From NCBI GenBank assembly GCA_051362555.1, contig CM120648.1:3964587-4028586 (forward strand): a DNA stretch of 64,000 nt. Reading direction: 5' to 3'. Position 1 is the first letter of the stretch, and every line of letters starts with the position of its first letter. Both the position numbers and the translations under genes were made by a program. Below the pieces are notes generated by a model. That model did no database searches. It was given only the letters and a program-made list of their open reading frames with translations, and was not told the origin of the DNA. This document shows, piece after piece, positions 1 to 13,604 of the stretch. Origin of the DNA: Lingula anatina. Lineage: Eukaryota; Animalia; Brachiopoda.

Positions 1-552
1 ACTAATTTTACATTTATTTTAGATCTGTGAAGCCAAGTTTAGGTATTCCTGTATCAAAAGACATACTTGACATTAAATATGGAACGTTTTGTTCCAAATC
101 ATTTTTCATCAATTTTATCGTATTTTTCTGACAACTAAATGAAAATAAGGGTTAAATTGTGTTTTAATAACATTTAATAGTCTCCTTGATGTCATTGTGA
201 CATCAGTTCGTTAATTGAATTCGCCATTGAAGCAAATAAAAATACATTGACAACCATAAAAGGCAATATTCTGAATCTCCATATTTTCCAAATTATCATC
301 TGTAACTGCTACAAAGAACCCTAATGTCAGTGTCTAGTCACAACAACGGTGGTGCGACTGACCTCATCTGGTTGCTGCCAGGACTTTTCTCTCTGATAAT
401 GCCACCGAGAAGATAGCAATTTTTGGCTTTTTGTTACTGGATGGTGATGATGACGCTTCGGATTTCTTTTACATCCATGCACGCTTCCGTGTATCATGCC
501 ACGCCCCTAAATCGGGTACTACTGTCCGACTACGTCCAAAAATAAAACAGTA

Positions 553-729
553 CCCTAACCTCTTACCCTAACCTTAGCGTTTACCCTAACCCTAGCCCTA
601 ACACTAACCCTAAACCAAACCCTTAATATTAACCCTAACCCTAACCTAACCATTACCTATTCCTAACATTTACCCTAACCTTCATGTAACCCTATCACTA
701 ACTCTAACCATAACCGTTACCCTAACCCT
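553..729 (+). repeat. Degenerate (CCCTAA)n telomere-like interstitial repeat
   Basis: Many imperfect ccctaa/taaccc units. Internal position and degeneracy argue against a true telomere. Confidence 0.8.
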
Positions 730-1270
730 TAAAATATAATAAATGAAAATAAATTTGATCTGTAGATAAGATTAAAAAGGAAATCAACTGTGATAATTAA
801 TACTACGTGCTGCTGATAGGTAAAAAAAACTATTTTGGTAGGTGTGGGATTGATTTAAAAAATTCAATGGCAGCTCAAAACAGAGCCGTGAGAGACTAGC
901 TTTTACTGGTAAAAATAATGAGATACATATCTCGCTTTACTCCAATACATGAAAGGTTTTCTTTTATGTATTTAGTTGGTAGCAAGTTATGGCAGTGATA
1001 TTGTCATGTTATTATCTTACGTTTTTATACGCCACCTATTTTCTGGAGGCTCTCTCAATTTGTATACATTAAATTGTCATTCTTTTGGTTCATCAATCAC
1101 AACATTAAAAAAACTAAACATTAACGCAATAACGCCCCCCCCCCATCCGCTCCCGACACACACACACACACACACACACCTATCGTCATCTCTTCCAAGA
1201 ACCCTTCACCAACACAGAGCTCTCTGTATTAGTTTTATCTTTACGTCTTGTTATCTTTTCTCACCTCCAG

Positions 1271-1728
1271 ACCCGTGGCACAAACGCCTGATAAACAACA
1301 GTGCCGCCAGCGTCAGCATCATGAACGGCAACATGTCTTAAGACGTGTAACGTAAATTTGACAGAGCTTCTAGTATTTAGTTTGTGTACTATTTTTTAAC
1401 GATGCACGTGTGTTATGTGTAGAAAAATATAATATTTTATATGTAGAAAAATCCAGGGATATTGTACAACAGTGAGCGGATGCGTATGTGTGATTCTTTT
1501 CCGGCTGAAGCGGAAGGTAGGTGAAACGAAGTCGGTGCTTGAGTCCTGTGCAAGATACAAACGAAAGTTTTCCGCATACCTTGTAAAGACATGTCGTCTT
1601 GTCAATGTACTATTTTAACTAATTTTGTAACACATCGATGAAAATCTTTTGGTAAGTGAAATATTCACGAATGTAGCCTAATCCCCGACATTTTATTTGA
1701 AGAAGTTACAGAATGTATGTTGTGCCAA

Positions 1729-1759
<31 letters not shown>

Positions 1760-2697
1760 ATATATGAATAAATAAATAAATAAATAAATAAGTGTATTTA
1801 TATATAACAATAAGTTTATTAGCAATTTGTTTTCACGGGAATGTTTATACTCTTCTGGAGGGCCTATCATTTTTATTTAGCACCCAGTTGCTCCAACCGG
1901 TGAAAAATTATACAATGAAAATTATTTTATAAATAAACTGACTTCTTCATCCAATCATTTTATATAAATAGCAAAAATTTTTTAAAAATTACAACCACTT
2001 GTCCATTTTTTTTTTTTTTTTTTTTTTTTGTCCGTAGAGAAGGTAATAGGCCAACATACCGATGCACGCAAGGTATCTCTTAATATGAGAATATGAGAGG
2101 CTAAATAAACTACCGTGATCTTTTTGCAGCGAAGCCTCTCAAGTTACCAGACATACGTGGGGGGCATCCCAGTAGAGACCTGACAGGTACTCGGTCAGAC
2201 AGCGCACAGCCTGTTTCCACGCCACTGATGGGGATTACATGTCTTCAGGGTATGGCTTCGACACAAGACCGTGCCTCGGTAGATTCTCGTCCCTGCCTGC
2301 CGGACCTGCCTCACGCCACTCAATGGGGTAAGCATTCGCAGTCAACAAAGACGAGTGAGAATGATTCTGCTTTATATGTCAACTGTCGCTTTAAAATGTA
2401 AAATGTCTGCTTTGGTCAGCTTGCTTGTGTTTTTTTATTCTTTTACTCCCTCTCAATTTAAACATAAATGTGTAGGCCTATCATTTTTGATCTCTCTCTC
2501 TCTCTCTCTCTCATATTGACGCCATGTCCACTCTTCTTCCAGGTAAACTTCACACAAAGCACCTGTACACCCACAACGACGCTAAATATTCTTGCGACAA
2601 AGAATCCGAGGAGCTTAGTCTCCCTCCAATATTTGGCCATGGGATCAAACATCAGAAGGCCGAAAATCGGGAGGAAAGAAATAAAGCTAAGAAATGA
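1271..2697 (+). CDS. 3' part of an uncharacterised, probably disordered protein; exons 1271-1351, 1473-1516, 2130-2327, 2543-2697; 5' end unresolved
   Basis: Four AG/GT-bounded segments with matching phases (2-2, 2-1, 1-1, 1-stop) give one open frame: PVAQTPDKQQCRQRQHHERQHVLRRV-TERMRMCDSFPAEAE-AKPLKLPDIRGG...LPDLPHATQW-GKLHTKHLY...LSLPPIFGHG...KAKK*. Acceptors at 1270, 2129 and 2542 are pyrimidine-rich. No domain recognised. Confidence 0.6.
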
Positions 2698-3468
2698 CTC
2701 TATTCAAACTTTTCAGCATAAACTATAAGTTCTATCGGTGTCTGTTAGGAATACGCTGTGTGAGTTTATACATGTAATATTGGACCTGAAATTACGCTTC
2801 ACATCGATCAAAAATGCTCTGTGCGAATGCAATTGGTGATTGTCTGTGAATTCATCGGACGCACAGGATGGAAGGATTAAAAAAAACTAAAAAAAATCTG
2901 AGTAGTATGGCGTCGTTCACAAGACCGAGTATGGATTTTTTTCTTTTTGGCCTCCCTCGAAAATCATCTTCGGTGCGGTATGCAAGGTCTCCACGAGAGA
3001 AGACGACATTTGACCCGATGCTGGTCAGCACGTGACTGCAGAAGATACAGAGACAGAGAACGCCATTCTTATAGCGACGTACATGTACATTATCTTCAAC
3101 CTTAACCGAGATGTCGCTCCGATATTTTGCTGCAGTAAATATTAACACCTTTTGATTTTGTCTGTGATAAGATATCACTCGCTTACAATGATAAATAACA
3201 CGCACAGGCAAAATACGGTTTTAGGAGTTATTTAAGTTTTAGAATATATTTTTGAAAAGAGAAATAAATAATATGTATTTAAAATTATTACTCTGTCTTC
3301 GTTAAATACACAACACCAAACTTAAAAGGCATAACAGTCGCCCTGATGTGACGCTGCCACAAAAATCAAATCTTTGTCAATATATTTTAGAAAGAAACAG
3401 AAGTATTTAAAATCCTTCTCCTTTCAGTCGGCGACGCCCCAAAAATAAACTGTATATGCAATTGCCAA

Positions 3469-3512
<44 letters not shown>

Positions 3513-3600
3513 AATAATAAATGAATAATAAATGAAACAAAAAATAATAATAAATAAACAAAATTACAGCCACAACAATATTTCATTTTTCAAAATAACA

Positions 3601-3606
3601 TTTATT
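3601..3606 (-). terminator. Candidate distal poly(A) signal of the RTP-like gene
   Basis: AATAAA on the - strand followed by a T-rich tract, where it meets the 3' end of the convergent + strand gene. Confidence 0.35.
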
Positions 3607-5010
3607 TCAAAATACTCAGAAATGCGGCACAAATGCAGCACGGACACACGGAAGCTGCTAATATATTACAGCGAAAAATATCAACAATGAAATAAAATTG
3701 TGTCAATTAAGATTTAGAATCTTCACACATACATCAGGCACTCTAAACTCCCCCAGAGGGAAAGTACACTACATAACCTCGGTCTTGATGATTAATTGAC
3801 CTAGAAGAGAGTAGCGCGTTACTGGATACATTTGCACATACGTAACAATCTAGCCGTCGTACCCCAACTGCACCGGAAACTCTCTATTAAGGCCATTGCT
3901 TAGTTTTACACCCTGAGGTTCGTCGTGCCAAAAGCGAGTTATCTGTCTAAAATCAACACACTTTGGTACTGGTGACGACTAGACAAACAGGGTGGAGCAG
4001 CGTCGTTCTCAGTACACTGTACAAAGCAACTCTGCAAATTCACTGCAGAATAAAATTACATTTCTAATTTGGTTTTGTATAAAAAAATACACCTTCACCC
4101 TCGCTTTTGTGCACCTATGGTGGTGCTTTAATTCGAATTGTGACGGCTCAACATGTTTCTAATCATAATCCTGAGAACTGGTGTAACGTGACAGAGAGCC
4201 CCCCATGACAGAGAGTCCGCTTCCATTCATTTGTGCTGGTGAGCCTCGCCCTAGATTTTGACCCACTTAGGTCAGACTAACCCTAACCATTTTAACTATA
4301 TGGAGGGTGGACCTTCTGTTACACGGACCCTCAGTTTCGTTACACTAATTGCTTTTGTCATCGAGGCTCTAGTCGGTCGCGTTAAACCGTCTCCATGCGG
4401 CCAAAACCAACTTGTACCTTGAGGACCCGATCTATTGAGACAGTACGCAATAAGGTTCGCCGATACAAGTCGACTAGAAACACAACCCGTGATACACAAC
4501 TATAACATACCGTACCAATATTAAAAACAATTAAACATGAAAGACGACTGATGTGATGCAAATACCAATAGGATGCATATACACACAATATAAATTCATG
4601 AATGATGCATTTTCTATATGAAACCAGTATATGACGATTTTGGGGAAAATGAATTATCCCCCTGTTGATTTTCTGTTTTCATTTTCGAGCTGGAAATCAT
4701 ACATTAAAACTATTCCTAAACAATCAACTTCTGAGTGGGATTTGCCACATGTTAATCCGAAGCCTTACGAAACTGCCCTTAAATTGCGTGCCCATTCATA
4801 CCTTACACTTAAAAGCATAAAATTTCACAACTAATTACCTTCTCAATTCAAAGAAATAAACTTGAAAAACAGGAACTCAATCCTTTTATCACCAAAGTGT
4901 CAAGCAAAACATAAATCAAATTAATTTTACAAAGCAAGAAATAGCAGTAAAATAAACATACTTAAATATAAATGTGAAAATAGTTTCATAGGATCTCAAT
5001 TTTGATAGTC

Positions 5011-5283
5011 AAAATGTTTTCTTTTATGATAGATCCAGATAATTGATTTACCTGTTGACTGTTTCGTCTGTTCAACTCTGACATTCTCAAATGATGACAT
5101 TCTCAAAGCCACCCTGGGGGAGGGGGCGAGAGGGGCTAACAAGTCATCATCAAGACTGAGGTAATTACCTGTTCACCTTCACCTGAACAGGTAATTCAGT
5201 TATGACCAAGTCTGTCAGAGTGAACAGGCGAAACAGTAAACAGGTAAATCTAATATCTGGATCTATCATAAATGAAAACTTTT
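5011..5283. mobile_element. Palindromic MITE-like element with about 70-bp inverted arms
   Basis: ttttatgatagatccagat...tttacctgttgactgtttcgtctgttcaactctgaca is mirrored by tgtcagagtgaacaggcgaaacagtaaacaggtaaatc...atctggatctatcataaa. Confidence 0.75.
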
Positions 5284-5939
5284 TTACTAGACTTAAATAT
5301 AGTTATAATATAAAGGCTGACATTGGAATATACATTATCGTTTTATTAAACTAGGACAGTTTTTCATGTATACCCGTAAAGCATATTATTGCAGATATCT
5401 TGGTAAAAAAATCAACAATTCGCTTGAGTAAATTATGAACAAGTGTCCAAGTGGAATAAAAGCGCTGTTATGAAGACATATTTAGCTTTACTTATCGAAA
5501 ATAAATATTTGAGCTGCAATTTTGAAAATGGATTCTATGTACAATTATGACAGTCAATGCAAGATGACGACAAACGTACATAACACTTATTAAACTTGCT
5601 AAACATTAACAGTAGTCGAACCGGTTCAGAACCACAACGCAAGTTATTTAATTTCTTAAAGCCTTATTTTGCCCCGGACGCATACAAAGAAATTCTACTT
5701 AATCTCTGTCTGTTGATTGTTGAACTACGTTATTTGAACCAAGCAAAAGCTCCCGCTAGATGGCTATGCCTCTGATTCTGAACCGATCCAAAACATCACT
5801 AGTGTAAACGCACCAAACATGATTGCATTTAAAACACTGACACCTAAAAAAACAAGCAAAAATAAAATTAAGTCACGCAATGTGAGGGAACTAAAGACCA
5901 CTCAAAGGTTTTTTTAGCGTCGACCTCCAAGATTGTAGA

Positions 5940-6125
5940 GGCACGTTTCCATTCAACTTGCAACGGCCTTACTTAGCACCGTTTGAAAAACAACCTAATC
6001 CTCCTGTTTTGAGGTAAGTCACATGTCGTTAGATTGGCTTGTTTTGTAAAAAAAACCTTAACCACACAGTTCAACAAGATAGCACGTTTTAAGATAAGTC
6101 GTCATACTTTGACTGGAAACGCACC
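5940..6125. mobile_element. MITE-like element
   Basis: Imperfect TIRs ggcacgtttccattcaa / ttgactggaaacgcacc, with TAGA on both flanks. Confidence 0.6.
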
Positions 6126-6504
6126 TAGAGACGCCGCTCCCTCATGCTAACACTAAAACGGTTCGAAATCAAAACCTGTCAAAACACACCTAAGGTATTG
6201 GCAAAAATGGAAAGCGAATGTACGTATACAATAATTATACACATTTAGGCATTCGGTTAAAACGGTTGAATACATCTAAAATAGTATCACACTTGGTCAC
6301 GTTTTGCTCTCACGTGTGCAAAACCACGGGAATGTAAAAGTGATTGAGTTTTCAATAATATCACATGCTATGAAGATGCCATTTAAATGGAAAATTGTGA
6401 GGACAAAAAGATGCCCATGACATTTCAGAAAGAACCGCAATCACCGTGGCTTCTCAACCAAAATGGTAATGCGGACGCAATGCATTATCGTCAGGCATAA
6501 TCTT

Positions 6505-6549
<45 letters not shown>

Positions 6550-6570
6550 AAAAAACATGCCAGACACCAT

Positions 6571-6576
6571 TTTATT
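6571..6576 (-). terminator. Candidate proximal poly(A) signal of the RTP-like gene
   Basis: AATAAA on the - strand about 1 kb after the stop codon, followed about 15 nt later by a long T tract. Confidence 0.45.
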
Positions 6577-6761
6577 ATCATCACGTATGAATGTGTGAGA
6601 ATTAATGTGAAAATGTCGTAAAATGTTGACTAAGATTATATATATATATAGCCTTAACGGGTCGAAGCCATATGACATCCCCATTAGTTCAATTACATCT
6701 ACAGGGATGAGACTGGCATTTCATGCCAAAAAAGTGGGAAAATATGGCATGGGGTCCAGGG

Positions 6762-6930
6762 CAGGGGCGGATCCAGAGTTATTTTCTGACAGTCTTCCAA
6801 ATTTTCTTTGTTGATCTATCCTCCCTTTTTGACCGTCTTCCGACAGAAAAAAAATAGATACCCGTCAATGTAAACTTGAAAATCTGACCGTCTTCCGGAA
6901 GACCCAGAAGACGCCCTAAATCCGCCCCTG
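6762..6930 (+). mobile_element. Non-autonomous DNA transposon (MITE), CAGGGGCGGAT termini, 5-bp TSD CAGGG
   Basis: TIRs caggggcggat / atccgcccctg; caggg directly on both flanks; close inverted copy at 12976-13143. Confidence 0.85.
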
Positions 6931-7585
6931 CAGGGGGCCCCATAAGCCAAAGATATTTTTGGTTCCCAAAAGTTGGAATCCGACGATAGTAGGGAAAATA
7001 TCATTCCTGCATCTACTAAGAAGTATCACAACCAAACAAGATCAGAGTGACGTCTGTAATACCCCGTACGACCTCTTTTTGACCTCTCTGTGACCTCTGT
7101 ATATCACGAGGAAGATTACAAGTAGCTAGCTCCAGATGTTGTCGTTGAAAGTATACGCCAATCCGACTTAAGGTCGCTGCAAAAGCTTTCTTTTCATTGC
7201 ACCATTTTCATTTGGAAGCCAGGCGTGACAGACGATGAAATCTACTCGACAAATCCATATCAGTTTGAGCTAAATCTCCATGGCAATGCCATCTCCATGG
7301 AAACCCCTTATTTGGCAGACGACAGACGGCCTTTTTCCAAATGATGCTAACACATTGACGCTTTTCGGTACATTATCTTCATATTTTAACATCAACAAAA
7401 TACATGTCATGGTTTAAATGAAAAAGCCCAAAATAACAAAAATAAATAAAGAAATGGAGAAAAAAAAGAAAAAAGTCGAAGAAACATTTCGCATATTTCA
7501 GCTTTCACATAATATTTCACTTAATGGCATAATGAGACGTCAGACCTTCCCATATTGAGATAACATAATAACATTATTGTGGTGA

Positions 7586-10500
7586 CTAACTGAACGTCCA
7601 TTCTTCCCGGCACAGTCCGTCTTTACACGCCTGGCAGAGCTCGGCATTGTGCTGATTTCTGGGTTTTCCTGGTCGTCTGTCTATCCGGAGGGGCGGGCGG
7701 TAGAAGCCGTAATACACCTGTCCCACTCTGTTGTACACATTGCCGACGACCTGTAGAGGAAATGGAGACGTTAAGGTGACTGTTGTAATAAGGCTGTGGA
7801 AATTACATATAATAATAATAATGCTATCAACTTAAAATTAAGTTTATTATTTTTTTAAATTTCTTTCTCACTCTTTTTTAATTTTATTTAATCTATTTAT
7901 TTATTTTTTTCTTTTTTTTTTTTTTTTTTGGGGGGGGGGGTCGTCTTCGATCCGTCTTCCGAAACATGATCTCCAACCAGGATGTTTCGGACGTAGTTTT
8001 AGTCAATATCTTGTTCAATTAGAAATGGCGTGTTTCAACGTGGTAGCAGACCCAGGGGCGTTTTTTTTAAACTGATAACATCTGCGTCAAGAATACGACA
8101 CTTTGTTTGTTTTCAATAGCAAACAGGATGTTAACAGGATACACTGTACACCATGAGTAAGACATGACGAAGTGAGGAAGTTTTTTTCTTAGGTCGCCAG
8201 CTTTTTGTTTTTAAACAGTTAAAAAACTACATGGTTGTCGTTTATTCAAGTGCTGACAAAGAAACGATGTGAAATAAATAAATACATAAGTAAGTTTTAA
8301 CTTAAAATTAAAGAAATGAATTAATAAATAAATAACACGCAATATTTTAAATGAACTCTTCACAAATTATTCACAGCCAACAATTAAGTCTCTGAACAGA
8401 GAACGGGTCTAATTTAAACCTGGTGTGAATCCTACCGACCTTGATGACCTCCTCCGGGTACCACATGGCGTGTTCAAACTTTTCACTCTTACATCGGTTG
8501 CACTGTTGCCCGTACAGCTTGAAGAGGACATAGCCGGAGTTGGTTGCCACGTTCAGATGAAACCAGAAGACCACGCGTCCCTTCATACTGGTCCAGCCGT
8601 GACCGCACTCCTTAAAGAAAGATGAATTAAATAATATTGTATATAAATCTGTTTATCTGATGACTTAATATACGACTTTTTGATGCTGCTTCAATGGCGT
8701 TTACATTTCTGAAAAAAAAAAAAAAAGAAGTAAACTCTTGATTCGAATTATAATTGATTAAAAGCACTTTTCGAACTAGGCTCCACCCCTGTATGTACAC
8801 TGTAAGAAACAAAATAATAAAATATCCTTATGAAATTGGCACGACAAGGTCTTTAAAATTGTAAAAAAAAGTTAAGAATAAATCATATAGCTTTACTGCC
8901 TCATCCTTACTGTAGATTTTTCAAAGTGAATGTAATTTGAGCTGCAGTTAATTTTAGAAGTCAATTCCAAGAAAGCTTGGGTTTAATATGGGTCTTATTT
9001 CGTTCAGGTGAAGCGTTCTTAGAACACCTAAAACCACAAAACAGGACACAAGATAATGCATCATAAAATGTACTTTAGTCCCTGGTACCGGTAGATGAAC
9101 AAATTTTCAATTGCTAATGAAAGTCTTTAAACGTGAAAAGTAAAGAATAGAAAATAAATAAGTGAATGAATGAATAAAGGTGCTGGTGAGCAAAAAAAAA
9201 AGTTCCTAATGCAATGCAAGTGAAGTGCTTACCAGTATCTATTTAGCTTTCGTATGTAAAACGGCAGTCATTTATAAGGAAAATATTAAGAATATAGTTT
9301 GACTATAATTAGACTGGTTATAGGTAAATTGGACAGTATGTTTCAGAGACACTCAACGGGTGTGATGAGGGTATAAACAAACGTTGCTTGGCAATGCCGG
9401 TTGCTATGACAGCAAGTAGAGATTGCCAAGCGAAGTTTCGAATTTAAAGAAAGGTCGAAATTAATGTAAGGAAATAAAAAAGAGGCAAAATCACATGCAA
9501 AATCACAGCTAAAAAATCATATCATAAGATTATCTAGGGAAATGCTTCAATTAAAAAATACCATGGGTTTCAGTTGTTTAAAAAAGCAAAGTGGTCTGAA
9601 GCAGCTGAAAATTTCAGTATCTAGGAACACAAGATTAACTTAAGCAGGAACAAAACTCTCGATCTAAAAAAAAACAAAAAAACAAAAAGAATACTGCAGA
9701 CACAGTACGTAGGAAACACAAGTTTGATGGTATTTATTTTATTTTATTTTTTAATCTGATTTTATTTTATTTATTTTTTTAGCTAAAGCGAGATTTCAAA
9801 ACCTATACGCCAGTATACTTACACAATATCGGCTGTATGTTACAACCAGTATGTCATGTAACGGCCCATACTTAACAATCAGAACATGATATGAAACTAC
9901 ACCTTTTTTCATCTAGATAATTTGTTCCAACGCTGGTATATAGGCCCTATGATGGCTGCTGCGTATTTACACTAAATTCCATATGGTCAGAATTGATAAC
10001 AAAATTTGGAATTTTCACATAAACTGTATGATGTCAGAATTTTTGGGATCGTGTGCTTCAAATCCGAAGCTTTTAAAATATATCATTTGCCATACATTTC
10101 AATAGATGCGTTACCTAAGTTGAATCACAATTTTAACTGAATTAATTTATAATCAGTTAGTCTTAATTATTAAATAACAAATATTCATTTTGAATTAATA
10201 CCAAATTTCCAAAGCAATTGGATTAGTTTTATAATCAGAGATGGGCTTAAAATTCATTATCTAACTGACCCACAACAGGAAAAAAAAGAAAAGCTTTTTT
10301 TTCCATTTTCGTTAGAATATCAACATTCAATACTTTCTTCAAATAAAACTACATTTTATATTAATGTCTTAACGATGAAAATATTAATTTCGCTCTTAAA
10401 AGGTGCATGTAACAGTCCACCATATTTTGACAGCCCGACAGTTTTTCTCTTTGTCATTCCAACTAAAGAGGTCAGAAGCGTGAAGAATAATAGAAAAACT

Positions 10501-13188
10501 AGTTTAACCGCAAACAAATTTAAAAGAGAAAGAGCGGACGCTCTGTAGTCAAATGTTGAGGTGATATAGATGTGTTGCCTTCCGCGTTGAGGTTGACGTT
10601 TTAGTTTGAAAGCAACCCGGGAGCAATTTCCTTGCTAGCTTCCTGATTTTCGTCGAGAGCGAAAGTGAAAATATTCAAAACAAGTGTCCAATTTCAAAGT
10701 TTAAATCAACAGATTTAACCTTTATAAGTTATAAACGTGTATATTCCAATATTTTATCACAATCAATATGCACTTCAGCCTATGGGACGCCAGTTACTAA
10801 ATGAATAGAATATGAATTATGAAGTAAATAATAATAAAACAAAGCCAACTGCTTTACATGATCACGGGGAAAAAGAGAATATTTGGTTGATTGTCCAAAG
10901 GAACGCCTTGCCATTCAATCCCAGGTAGGACCCCTTTTGTCCAATTTTGTGCCGAATGTCCCCATGGTAGAAGGCTAGCCTGAGGGTTTGTTCCATGGTG
11001 TTTGAGTATATTGTTTTATTGATGTGACAACTGCCCTTTGGTGTCCTTAACTTATAGTTTTCAACTCAACTTTCATAGCCACAAATATTTACTTGTTTAC
11101 GGGTGGATGCCTACACACAAGTGTCAGAACCCTGTGACGCCCACATCCGACCCCCACCCCCACCCCCACCCCCACCCACGGCACCCCCGCCCATACTCCA
11201 CCACCCAGAGAATAACAAGAATAAGAACGGTAACACTATATAACGTTAATACTTACGTAATTAAATTCAGGATGCATGGCTTAAGTAATTTATAAGAAAA
11301 ATTATTACCCCTAACCATAATTTTTCCAAATGTTAAAATAAAAAGCGGAGGAGTTCAGACGGAAGTTGATAGATGGAGTGCCAAAGTGCATAGAATTAAT
11401 TTCTGGTTTTGTTGGCATCAGTTTATAATATCCATCTCATGAATGTGACTTTCCACTAACCTTGCAGTCACGACTGGGGGTTGTGGAGAACTAGGGAGTC
11501 TGGGTTTGTTATTATATACTAAATACATCCCTAACGTCGGCGTGACTTTCCACTAGCCCCTGTCTAATACGTGTGCCTCAGAGTCACGAGCTCTGGCTTG
11601 CTATCGGAGATTTTCTTGTCCAAATCAAATCACATGAATCCAAGTTTGTCTTTTTTGTTGCTGTTGTTGTTGTTCGCACTTGATCTATCAACTTCTTTCT
11701 AACAGGCAGCAATTCCCGCCCCCCCCCCACACACACACAGGCACAAATGTGCACGCGCATACTCGCGCGCACGCAAACAAAAAGAAACGACAAGTGTACA
11801 CGAATAAATAAATAAATAAATAAAATAAACAAAATTAAATTAAAAAGCAATCCATATTGGTGATCTTCCAAACACTGGTGACAAGGACACGTTGGTATTT
11901 GCCCCTATACTTCCTCTATTAATTCCCCTATCCTTGACGTTAAAAATAACCCCATCCATTTACATCTCACAGCACAGAAGGAAATTCAGGAGAAGTATTA
12001 GCAAATGGAAGACATAATTTACTAGACGTTGTAGTTCCTGAAAGTCCGGAGTCTTACTACTTAATTCAGGTCGCTTATAAGAATTAAGCTGACAGATCAT
12101 TCTCTGGCACTCAGACAGTCAAAGTATTTGATCATAGCAAACTGCTTACACATTTCTAAAGAAAAAAGGCGTTACTTTCTATAGCAATAAAAAACAGTTC
12201 ATTAAAAAATGCTATACTGCTTAAATAGAGTAAGGTTTCCCGATAGTGCGTTTAATACATTTACATTTGCTGTTTAACAAATGACTCGTGTCACTGGGTA
12301 ATCGGAGGATAAGAATTCTACACCAAAGATATCATGCTTGTCAGACATACAAGCCAGTGGACTGTGAAAGGGTTACCTAAATGTAGCAAATTCTGACCCA
12401 GTAGATTAGCACCTGGGGTAAGTACACGTGCCGTTGGGCCCCCTCCCCCCCCTCACTCCCACCCTACCTTCTCCCAAACTGATTTTTCACAAGATATTTA
12501 CACTTATGCCTCTAGTCAATTCATGACACTTTTCTTCACTGCGTTGAAGAAAAGTGCACATAACTATTTTGCGGCTCCGGTAGAGGGTTCATGATCCGCT
12601 GCTGCAGATGCCTAATAATATTACCTATTATAACGTAACCAAGAGTGAGGAACCTGCAACCTGTGACAATTGCTAATCATATGTATTTATGTATCCATAA
12701 AACTGCATAAGAATACGTGAATTGTTGTTCATCTATGAATTTTAATCCATATACACCTATGAACCACTGTTAATCGATATATATTTCATGCTTATTTGCT
12801 ATTTCAATTAAGAGAAAACCCAATTTCAGATGGATGATAGGTCCACTAATAGTGAACAGATGCAAGGAGCATCTGCAGTGAAATGCAACACTGCAGCTTA
12901 ACAAATGAGATCGTGACGGAGGATAGAACGTAAATCGTTGTCTCACAATAGAATAAAAATCAACTTGAAACGTTGCAGGGGCGGATTTAGGCCGTCTTCT
13001 GGGTCTTCCGGAAGACGGTCAGATTTTCAAGTTTACATTGACGGGTATCTAATTTTTTCTGTTGGAAGACGGTCAAAATTGGAGGATGAATCAACAAAGA
13101 TAATTTGGAAGACTGTCAGTAAATAGCTCTGGATCCGCCCCTGCGTTGGTAAGCAGACATAAAACTTGGGCAAGCCCCCCCTCCCCCC

Positions 13189-13241
<53 letters not shown>

Positions 13242-13567
13242 CCTATTTTCAATCCTGGTAAATTCAATATATTACAGCATGGCGAACAAAAGTGAAGTAA
13301 TTGACCTGAATGATAATTCATAATGCGGGTCTTCGCCGTTCAACAATCCGGACTTAGCAGAGCATACCATGGTGTACCCAGTGAACTACTTTTCGGTGAT
13401 ACTCTCTGATCGGCCAAGAACTGATTTGTCGTAATCTCGGCTCCAGGGAATCTAGCAGGGGAGAGGGCACTTTTTGTCTTCGCCCCCCCTCCCCCATTTC
13501 CTCCTCTTCTGCTTCCCCAAGACATCTTTCGAAAGAGCGGTGCGATTTAAGAACTCTGGGACGAATT

Positions 13568-13604
<37 letters not shown>

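Noticed and set aside
330-520. Coding-looking patch near the window start
   Set aside because: No combination of frame and splice sites joins it to exon 1271 or gives a convincing independent exon.
553-729. True telomere
   Set aside because: Degenerate, internal and flanked by ordinary sequence on both sides.
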